A stretch of 64,000 nucleotides of DNA from Acidobacteriota bacterium (GTDB taxonomy: Bacteria; Acidobacteriota; Thermoanaerobaculia; Thermoanaerobaculales; Sulfomarinibacteraceae). A program made the translations under genes and the position numbers. The stretch covers positions 6,067 to 70,066 of the forward strand of contig JAHECW010000005.1 of the NCBI GenBank assembly GCA_024641545.1, in the 5' to 3' direction. Shown here in pieces: positions 14,452-21,717 of this stretch. The notes under the pieces were generated by a model. The model did not search any database and was not told the origin of the DNA. It saw nothing but the letters and a program-made list of their open reading frames with translations. Numbering within the stretch: the stretch's first letter is position 1; every line of letters starts with the position of its first letter.

Positions 14452-16962
14452 TCAGGCCTTTCTCACCTTGACCCACAGGACCTCGCCGCCCTCTTCAAAG
14501 AGGGTCGAAGCTCCATAGCGGCTTCCAACCCAGGGGACGATTACGGTTCCCTGGAGAACCGTTCGATCGAGCCGGGCACGCAGCAGAACCTCTCCCTTGT
14601 CGCTCGACACCGCGACGACTTCACCGCGAGCCACGCCGAGGGCGCGCGCATCGGCCGGGTTGATCCGAACCGCCACCGTCGGCGACAGTTCCTGGAGCAG
14701 CGCGCTGCGCATGGTGACCGAGCCCGAGTGAAAGAGCTGCGGCGCGGCATCGAGCAGAAAACCCGATGCGCCGGCCGCCGCGCGGGGTGGTGAAACCGGA
14801 GTCAGCCGCCGGGGCTGAGATCGTCGCCACCTCCATCCCACCACCCGATCCAGCTCGCGGAAGAGGGCTTCGCCCGTCGGGAGCGACGAGCCCATCCGGC
14901 GTGCGAGTTCGACCAGGATCACCGTATCCGACCTGACTCCGGCAGGGGGACCGAGCGCTCGCCGCAACGGCCGTCGAATACCGTCGGCGCCCACCGTCGT
15001 TCCTTCGCGTTCGCTGAGAATGGCCGCCGGAAGGACCACGTCCGCTCGTTCGGCGGTGCTCGTTCGAAACGCATCGACGACAACCGAGAAACCCGCACCC
15101 TCCACGACCCGCCGAGGATCTTCGCCGCGCGGAAGCAGGTCGATGGGATCAACGCCGACGAGAAGGAGACCCGATGCGGCGTCGGGACCGGCCTTGACCC
15201 AGTCCGAGACCGACCAACCCGCCTCCGAGATGGTCGCGCGCCCGGTGAGATCCTCGAGCTCGACCGCCTGGTTGATGAGCCGATGGCCGGGCAGGAGACG
15301 CGGGTGGAGGCCGACATCGACCAGCCCCTGGACATTGGACCGACCGCCCAGAACGAGCAAACCCGCATCGCTTCCGCACAACGCCGTCAGTGTCGCGGCC
15401 ACCCGCGCCACCGCCGCCTCGTTCCCGGGCACACCGGAGCCGGTCCCCATGATCATCACCGGCCGGCGTGCGGCCGCCAACCGGGAGGCCAGACCGTCAA
15501 TCCGCTCAGCCGTGAGCCCGGTCGCCCGGGCGACCGATTCCGGCGAGAACGCCTCGATGGATCGACGCCAGGCGTCATACCCCGGCAGGTGTTCGATCCT
15601 CCTCGAACGAGGGCCATCGAGAGCCAACAACCGGACCGCCACGGCAACCAGGAGATCGCTGACCGACCCGGGGGCCGGCCGAAGCACATCGGCCGCGTGC
15701 CGATCGAGGCCGCCCGCAACCGGGCTTACCGCGATCACCGGCACCCCCCGTTGGACCGCCGCCTGCACCAGTTCGGTCTTGACCAGCGGGTGACCCCGAC
15801 TCGGATCACTCCCGAAGACCAGTACGAGATCCGCCAGCCTGATCTCGTCAAAACCCGCAGTCGAACGCGGTCGGTCGAAGACCTCCCAGACCCCGTCCAC
15901 CAGCGCCGGCGCTCCGCCGACCGGCGCCATGTCGACGTGCGGACTCTTGAGCACCTCGCGGGCCAGCGCCTGCAGGAGGTAGCCGTCCTCACAGCTCAGC
16001 CGGCCGCCCCCGGCCACCATCACCGGGCCGCGTCCCGCGGCACGTCGAAGGCCGTCCGCCGCCGACGCCAGGCCTTCCTCCCAGCTCACCTCGACCAGCG
16101 TTCCGTCCTTGCGGACCAACGGCGCTCTCAGGCGTTCGGGGTTCGCCACGACATCGAGACCGAGCCACCCCTTGACGCAGAGCTTGCCGCGATTGGGTGA
16201 ACCACCGACCGCTGAGGTCACGCGTTGGAGCCGGCCTTGGTGGTTCTCCACCGACACCTCGCAACCGCAGCAACAGAAGGAGCAGGTGGTCTTGACCCGC
16301 GCTCGTTGCCAGACCGGGATCGGCGACGCGTACGGCTGCGCCACCAGGGCCCCCACCGGACACGCATTGACGCACTGGCCGCAGAACTCGCAGTCCAGCG
16401 GCCGGTCGAGAAAGGTCGCAACGTGGGTTCCCATACCCCGCCCCAGAAAAGCCAGGGCCGCGACCCCCTGAACCTCCTCACACAGGCGGACGCAGCGACC
16501 GCAGACAATGCACTTCCCAGGGTCGCGAATGATCACCGGGGAGGCTTCGTCTCGCGACGCCGGTTTGAAGTCGAACGGCAGAATGTCGTCCGGGATCCCG
16601 ATCTCGTGGACCAGATCCTGGAGGCGGCAGTCCGCGTTGCGTTCGCAGACCGGGCACTCCATTCGATGATTGAGCACGAGCAACTGGAGTTGCTGTTGCC
16701 GGGCTTCGACCACCGCCGGGCTGTCGGTCAGGATGACCATCCCGTCCTGGATCCGCGTCGAGCACGCCGGGACCAGGGCCCCCGAGGCGTCCGCCCGCTC
16801 GACCACACACATCCTGCAGCCGCCGTACGGCGTCAAACGATCATCGTGGCACAGGGTCGGCAGCCGGATTCCGAGTTCCGAGAGCACGTGGATGAGCAAC
16901 CGGTGCCTGGCCGTTCGCACCGGCCGCCCATCGACCGTGAGGGATACGGGTAGGGTTTCCAT
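14452..16962 (-). CDS. NuoG-like Fe-S / molybdopterin-oxidoreductase-fold subunit (apparently non-catalytic MopB domain)
   Basis: N-terminal 2Fe-2S (LCHDDRLTPYGGCRMCVVE). CPVCERNADCRLQD and CIVCGRCVRLCEE...CEFCGQCVNACP clusters. MopB cluster CSFCCCGC...LCVKG. The region aligned to the formate-dehydrogenase active site reads LKSPHVDMAPVGGAP, with no Cys or in-frame TGA. Confidence 0.8.
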   Translation of the reverse strand: METLPVSLTVDGRPVRTARHRLLIHVLSELGIRLPTLCHDDRLTPYGGCRMCVVERADASGALVPACSTRIQDGMVILTDSPAVVEARQQQLQLLVLNHRMECPVCERNADCRLQDLVHEIGIPDDILPFDFKPASRDEASPVIIRDPGKCIVCGRCVRLCEEVQGVAALAFLGRGMGTHVATFLDRPLDCEFCGQCVNACPVGALVAQPYASPIPVWQRARVKTTCSFCCCGCEVSVENHQGRLQRVTSAVGGSPNRGKLCVKGWLGLDVVANPERLRAPLVRKDGTLVEVSWEEGLASAADGLRRAAGRGPVMVAGGGRLSCEDGYLLQALAREVLKSPHVDMAPVGGAPALVDGVWEVFDRPRSTAGFDEIRLADLVLVFGSDPSRGHPLVKTELVQAAVQRGVPVIAVSPVAGGLDRHAADVLRPAPGSVSDLLVAVAVRLLALDGPRSRRIEHLPGYDAWRRSIEAFSPESVARATGLTAERIDGLASRLAAARRPVMIMGTGSGVPGNEAAVARVAATLTALCGSDAGLLVLGGRSNVQGLVDVGLHPRLLPGHRLINQAVELEDLTGRATISEAGWSVSDWVKAGPDAASGLLLVGVDPIDLLPRGEDPRRVVEGAGFSVVVDAFRTSTAERADVVLPAAILSEREGTTVGADGIRRPLRRALGPPAGVRSDTVILVELARRMGSSLPTGEALFRELDRVVGWRWRRSQPRRLTPVSPPRAAAGASGFLLDAAPQLFHSGSVTMRSALLQELSPTVAVRINPADARALGVARGEVVAVSSDKGEVLLRARLDRTVLQGTVIVPWVGSRYGASTLFEEGGEVLWVKVRKA

Positions 16963-16969
16963 CCCGCCC

Positions 16970-19204
16970 TTACTCCGGCGCCGGAGGAGCCAACCGGCGG
17001 ATGGACCACTTTGATCTGAGTCGGTTGGCGAGCCGCATGACGATGCCGGGTTCGGGGTCGAGGGCGTGTTCGACCGAACTCGGCATCATCAGCAAATCGA
17101 GAAGGTGGATCGTCTCGCGGCCGGCGTCACGCAGCGCGCTTCGGCAGCCGATGCAGTAGGTCACCATGGGCAACCGGGTCTGGCCGGACGCGCGGGCGGC
17201 GATCTTCGAGAAGAGCTCCGGATCGACATTTTCGATCTTGCCGCCCGAACCGCAACACCTGGTCCGCTCGTGCGAGTATTCGGTCTCGACCACCTCGGCG
17301 CCGCTGGTTCTGACCAGGGTTCGGATCGCCGCATGGACCTCGGGATTGTGCCGGCTCCGACACGGGTCGTGAACCGCGAACCGTAGATCATCGTATCGCT
17401 GGATCGGGTCCCAGGTCTCCGCCAGCACCTCCCAAACCGAGCTCACCTGAACTTGTGGAAACCACTCGGTCAGCATCTCCTGACACTGGGGACAGGCAGC
17501 GATGAGCTCCTCGGCACCGAGGTCATCCATGGCAGCGGCAATGTGCTCCCGCGCCCGCGCACCTTCTGCTTCCAAACCGAGAATCTCGGCGGGCACGCCG
17601 CAGCAGTACATCAGAACGCCGATCCTCGGATCCTGGCGCAGGAGGTGTTCATAAAGTACCCGGGTCTGTTTCGGCGAGGTGGCGGGCAGCTCGCACCCGG
17701 TGAAGAAGAGACGCCGGGCACGGCGACGGCCGGGCGCGGCGGCCGCGAGCGAAAAGGTGTTCGACAGCCCGGCCCGGAGTTCACGCTGAACCTGGCGGTG
17801 CTCCGGGAGCGGCGCCAACCCCTCGCGAACCGCCTCCCGGCGCGCCGCGAGCATGAGCTCACCGGTATCCAACCCGACCGGACACAAAGTGGCGCAGAGA
17901 CCGCAGATGTTGCACGAGTAGATCGTCTCCACGTGGTCATCGATACCCGCGGCCACCCGCCGAGCCAGATCGCGCGGCGAGTTGCAGTGGCGGGCGAGAA
18001 ACTCGCAGTCGCGAACACAACGATCGCAGGTGCAATCGAGGCAGCGTTCACCTTCGCCGCGAACCTCCCTCTCGGTCATCGGCGGCGCTGCCGGCTGTAG
18101 GAGCAACGGCGTTCGCTGACGGCGGCGGCGCTCGCTCTCATCGATGCCGAGCTTCCAAAGGAGCGGCGGCGGCTGCGTCGCCGAACCCGGATATTCCAAC
18201 GCTTCACCGTCGATGAAACGACGCGCTGATTCGGCCGCCCGCCGACCGTGGGCCATCGCGTCGATGACCGACGTCGGCCCACTGATGGCGTCGCCGGCGG
18301 CGAAAAGCCCCTCCTCACCGGTTTCGCAGGTCACCGGATCGGCCTTGATGGTGTCCCGAGCGCTGGCCTCGACGGCCCCGGCGCCCGATCGCAGGAGTTC
18401 CTGCCCGCCGGCGAACCCCAGCGTCAAGAGCACCACGTCGTGGCGAGCCCGAAGCTCGGCCAGGCTGAGGTCCCTTCCCAGTTGGACGCCCGTTCGGACA
18501 TCGATCTCGAGCGCCGCGATGATGGAGAGGTCGCGCGCACGTACCCTTGCAGGGAGCCGCCACTGAGGTATCCGGGTGGCCAGGCAACCACCGAGCTGCG
18601 GCTCCCGGTCGAAGATCGACACCTGGAATCCGGCACGCCGGAGATCGTGGGCGGCCATCAATCCCGCGGGGCCGGCGCCGACCACGGCGGCGCGCTGCGA
18701 ACGAGACCCGGCCATGGTCAGGATGTGCTCGGGCTCGCCCTCCTCCGACTCGGCCAGGAAACGCTTGATGTCACGGATCCTGATGGCCCGGTCGAGTTCG
18801 AGTCGCTTGCAGTGAAGCTCACACGGCTGGGTGCAGACGTAGCCGAGGATTCCGGGGAAGGGCAGCTTTTCGCGAACGGTCTGCAGCGCTTCGCGAAATC
18901 TCCCGGCGCGGGCAAGCTGGACATAGAGATGGGCGTCGACCCGGATCGGGCACCGTGCCTCACAGTTGGCTGGACCTTCGCCACGACAGCGGTCGAGCAT
19001 TCTGCCGGCGAGCTCGATCACCCGCGTGCGCATGGCGGTGGGCGAGTCGGACCCGGATCCGCCCGGGCTGGTGCCGCGAACGCCGTACCCGTCACCGGCG
19101 CGTAACATGACCTGCACCATCGGTGTTACCCAACCGACGCGACAAACGGGCGACGGAGAGCGGAGAGGCGCAGCCGCCCGGTACGGTTTCCCATGCCAAA
19201 GCAC
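16970..19204 (-). CDS. Fusion protein: GltD-type N-terminal Fe-S domain + FAD-binding fold + HdrD/GlpC-like 2x[4Fe-4S] + two CCG domains
   Basis: CEARCP...YVCTQPCELHCKR (GltD/DPD domain-II-like). VVGAGPAGLMAAHDL...GGCL and FAAGDA (FAD). CLDCTCDRCVRDCEF and CNICGLCATLCPVG. CCG motifs FFTGCE...MYCCGVPAE and VHDPCRSRH...RCCGSGGK...YCIGC. The true start is uncertain: 19204 is GTG, and ATG candidates lie at 19120, 19108 and 19033. Confidence 0.75.
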   Translation of the reverse strand: MLWHGKPYRAAAPLRSPSPVCRVGWVTPMVQVMLRAGDGYGVRGTSPGGSGSDSPTAMRTRVIELAGRMLDRCRGEGPANCEARCPIRVDAHLYVQLARAGRFREALQTVREKLPFPGILGYVCTQPCELHCKRLELDRAIRIRDIKRFLAESEEGEPEHILTMAGSRSQRAAVVGAGPAGLMAAHDLRRAGFQVSIFDREPQLGGCLATRIPQWRLPARVRARDLSIIAALEIDVRTGVQLGRDLSLAELRARHDVVLLTLGFAGGQELLRSGAGAVEASARDTIKADPVTCETGEEGLFAAGDAISGPTSVIDAMAHGRRAAESARRFIDGEALEYPGSATQPPPLLWKLGIDESERRRRQRTPLLLQPAAPPMTEREVRGEGERCLDCTCDRCVRDCEFLARHCNSPRDLARRVAAGIDDHVETIYSCNICGLCATLCPVGLDTGELMLAARREAVREGLAPLPEHRQVQRELRAGLSNTFSLAAAAPGRRRARRLFFTGCELPATSPKQTRVLYEHLLRQDPRIGVLMYCCGVPAEILGLEAEGARAREHIAAAMDDLGAEELIAACPQCQEMLTEWFPQVQVSSVWEVLAETWDPIQRYDDLRFAVHDPCRSRHNPEVHAAIRTLVRTSGAEVVETEYSHERTRCCGSGGKIENVDPELFSKIAARASGQTRLPMVTYCIGCRSALRDAGRETIHLLDLLMMPSSVEHALDPEPGIVMRLANRLRSKWSIRRLAPPAPE

Positions 19205-19361
19205 GGCATCCGCCGGCCGGGACCAGGGCTCGAATCAGCCGAAACGGTCCACGGCAGCGGCCGGTTTGCCGGTTGAGGTCACGAGTCGTTGGCCGAGGTC
19301 CGGCGCGACAAGCCCCGCGGGAGGTCCATCCAGGCACACCTCACCTCTCGGGCGAAAACGC

Positions 19362-19378
19362 TGCAAGTTGTGTGCCGA
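19362..19378 (-). promoter_or_regulatory. Sigma-54 (-24/-12) promoter upstream of the NuoEFG-like / CCG-fusion operon
   Basis: The minus strand reads TCGGCACACAACTTGCA. This is cGGCAC-N5-TTGCA with exact spacing and one mismatch to consensus. It lies in the gap between the DsbA-like stop (19408) and the fusion gene. Confidence 0.55.
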
Positions 19379-19407
19379 CGAAGTTTGTCGAGCCCGACGG
19401 CGGAGGG

Positions 19408-20541
19408 CTAGGGTTCTTCTCCCTTGGCGAGCCGCGCGATGAGGCCCGGGAACCACTCCGAATCGGGCATCTGGATCATCCAGCCGTTGACGAAATAGGT
19501 CGGCGTGGCGTTGACCCCCATCTGGTGGCCGAGGGCGAGCTGGGAGTGGACCGCCGCCAGCGAGACGTTCCGCAGATAGCAGCCACGAAAGAGGGTTTCA
19601 TCAAGGCCTTGACCGGCGACGAAATCCAACGACGTCTGCGTCACCAGGCCGACCTCCATCTCACGCTGGAGATCGTAGAAGAGCTCCTTGAATCCGATGA
19701 CCTGCTGAGTGTCGAGCTCGCCGACACACCATGTCGCCGACGAGGCGCGAAAGGCCCACGGGTGGATGGAGGTCAGCGGAAAGCTGACCATCCCGTGCCG
19801 CACCGCTCCGCCGTTCTCTTCCATCACTGCTTTGACCATCGGCCACTTGGCCTTGCAGGCCGGGCATTCGAGATCGGAAAACTCGACGATCTCCACCTTC
19901 GCCCCATCGCCGCCCGGGTGGTCCCAGACGACAAATGCGTTGGCGCCGAACTGCGCCCTGCGAATGGCCACCGGATCACCGTCCAACGGCATTCCGGAGG
20001 CCATGATGAGGTAGTTTCCATCCGAGGTCACGGCGACGGGTTTTGGAAACTCGCCATACCCGGTGTCCACAATCAGGTTGAAGGGGATGAGGGCGCCGGA
20101 TGTCGCTCCTTCCGGCACATCCCAACTCAACCTGACCTTCATGTTCATGTTGCGCTGAAGGACTTCCGGCAGGAAGCCTTCGAGGAACGGACGCAGCGAT
20201 CGCGGCGCCGTACCGGTTTGTTGAAAGGGGAGTTGGCCGACGCTGCCGAGATAGGCGAGACCGGTCACCTCGTCGATGACGACGGAAGGCTCGCCGGTCA
20301 GGATCTTGTTCTCGCAGGTGCGGGAAACCCTCACCGTCCGGTACGAACCCGACGGTGTCGGGGTGCGTTGATCGGAGACGATCCTGAATGACGAGTCCGG
20401 ATACCAGGGGATGGACCGCTCGACAAAACGCAGAACGACCGGATCCTGGGCGATGAGCGGATCATCGGCGGCATCCACGACCACGCCGCCGAACACCACG
20501 ATCATCGCCAGCACACCGGTCGAGACCTTATTGAACTTCAT
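19408..20541 (-). CDS. Secreted DsbA-family thiol:disulfide oxidoreductase with an extra N-terminal domain
   Basis: Start trimmed to MKFNKVSTGVLAMIVVFGG (signal-like), preceded by GGGAGG; the longer track ORF overlaps recA. Thioredoxin-fold active site FSDLECPACK. Confidence 0.75.
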   Translation of the reverse strand: MKFNKVSTGVLAMIVVFGGVVVDAADDPLIAQDPVVLRFVERSIPWYPDSSFRIVSDQRTPTPSGSYRTVRVSRTCENKILTGEPSVVIDEVTGLAYLGSVGQLPFQQTGTAPRSLRPFLEGFLPEVLQRNMNMKVRLSWDVPEGATSGALIPFNLIVDTGYGEFPKPVAVTSDGNYLIMASGMPLDGDPVAIRRAQFGANAFVVWDHPGGDGAKVEIVEFSDLECPACKAKWPMVKAVMEENGGAVRHGMVSFPLTSIHPWAFRASSATWCVGELDTQQVIGFKELFYDLQREMEVGLVTQTSLDFVAGQGLDETLFRGCYLRNVSLAAVHSQLALGHQMGVNATPTYFVNGWMIQMPDSEWFPGLIARLAKGEEP

Positions 20542-20561
20542 CCGACCTCCCGACATAGCCA

Positions 20562-20613
20562 AACCAACGCGAGCCGCGACCGATTCCGGCCGCGGCTCCG
20601 GATGACGTTGGTT
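20562..20613 (-). terminator. Compound hairpin downstream of recA
   Basis: AACCAACG..GAGCCGCG-(12 nt)-CGCGGCTC..CGTTGGTT, two nested 8-bp stems starting 6 nt after the recA stop. Only a weak T-tract (GTTGGTTTGG) follows, so it may be a terminator, attenuator or RNA stabiliser. Confidence 0.4.
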
Positions 20614-20618
20614 GTGAA

Positions 20619-21650
20619 TCAATCCGCTTTGGTTTCCGTGGTTTCCGAACCCGGAATCAGCCCGAGCGCCTCGCGCAGCTTGACATCGATTTCGCCCGCG
20701 ATGTCGGAATGATCCGCCAGGTAGGCCCGGGCCGCTTCGCGTCCCTGACCGATCCGCTCTTCGCCGTAGGAATACCACGAGCCGGATTTCTGGATCAGCC
20801 GGTGCTCGACCCCGAGGTCGAGGAGCTCGCCGGTCGCCGAGATCCCCTCGCCGTAGAGGATGTCGAACTCGGCGATCTTGAACGGCGCCGCGACCTTGTT
20901 CTTGGCCACCTTGGCCTTGGTGCGGCTGCCGATGACCTGATCGCCCTGTTTGATCGAGGCGATCCGTCGGATGTCGACCCGCACCGACGAATAGAACTTG
21001 AGCGCTCGTCCGCCGCTGGTGGTCTCCGGGGAACCGAACATGACGCCGATCTTCTCTCGGATCTGATTGATGAAAATCAGACACGTATTGGACTTGGACA
21101 CGATGCCGGCGAGCTTGCGGAGCGCCTGCGACATCAACCGCGCCTGCAGGCCGACCACCGCATCGCCCATGTCGCCCTCGAGCTCGGTCCGCGGCACCAG
21201 CGCCGCCACCGAGTCGATGACGACGACATCCACCGAACCCGACCGGATCAGCGTCTCGGCGATTTCCAGCGCCTGCTCGCCGTAATCCGGTTGCGATATC
21301 AGGAGTTCATCGAGGTTGACGCCGAGTTTGGCCGAATACTCCGAGTCGAGGGCATGCTCGGCATCGATGAACGCGGCCAACCCGCCGGCCGCCTGAGCGT
21401 TGGCGATCACGTGCAGGGCCAGGGTGGTCTTTCCCGAGGACTCGGGACCGTAGATCTCAACCACGCGACCCCTCGGCAATCCACCGACGCCGAGGGCGGC
21501 GTCCAGGGCAATCGAACCACTGGGAATCACATTGACTCGGATCTTCGGCTTTTCCCCGAGCCGCATGACCGCGCCTTTGCCGAACTGACGCTCGATCTGA
21601 CCGATGGCTGTTTCCAGCGCCTTGAGCTTGTCGCCCTTGTTTGTGCTCAT
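20619..21650 (-). CDS. recA: Recombinase RecA
   Basis: [33 protein letters not shown]..., Walker [10 protein letters not shown], and a canonical RecA core throughout. AAGGAGA RBS before the ATG at 21650; the track's longer start was rejected. Confidence 0.97.
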   Translation of the reverse strand: MSTNKGDKLKALETAIGQIERQFGKGAVMRLGEKPKIRVNVIPSGSIALDAALGVGGLPRGRVVEIYGPESSGKTTLALHVIANAQAAGGLAAFIDAEHALDSEYSAKLGVNLDELLISQPDYGEQALEIAETLIRSGSVDVVVIDSVAALVPRTELEGDMGDAVVGLQARLMSQALRKLAGIVSKSNTCLIFINQIREKIGVMFGSPETTSGGRALKFYSSVRVDIRRIASIKQGDQVIGSRTKAKVAKNKVAAPFKIAEFDILYGEGISATGELLDLGVEHRLIQKSGSWYSYGEERIGQGREAARAYLADHSDIAGEIDVKLREALGLIPGSETTETKAD

Positions 21651-21717
21651 CAGGATCTCCTTCTGCAGAATGCAGCGTGGTGGGACCGTTTTATCGTAGG
21701 GGCGGGAGAGCAGCGCG

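Noticed and set aside
14452-16962. Formate dehydrogenase alpha-subunit call for the MopB-fold protein
   Set aside because: No Cys or in-frame TGA (Sec) is present at the position corresponding to the FDH active site, where the sequence reads LKSPHVDMAPVGG. It was called NuoG-like instead. An alignment is needed to be certain.
19408-21084. 558-aa version of the DsrA-like (DsbA-family) ORF
   Set aside because: Its first 180 codons overlap recA in another frame and are Arg/Gly/Pro-rich. MKFNK... at 20541 has an RBS and a signal peptide.
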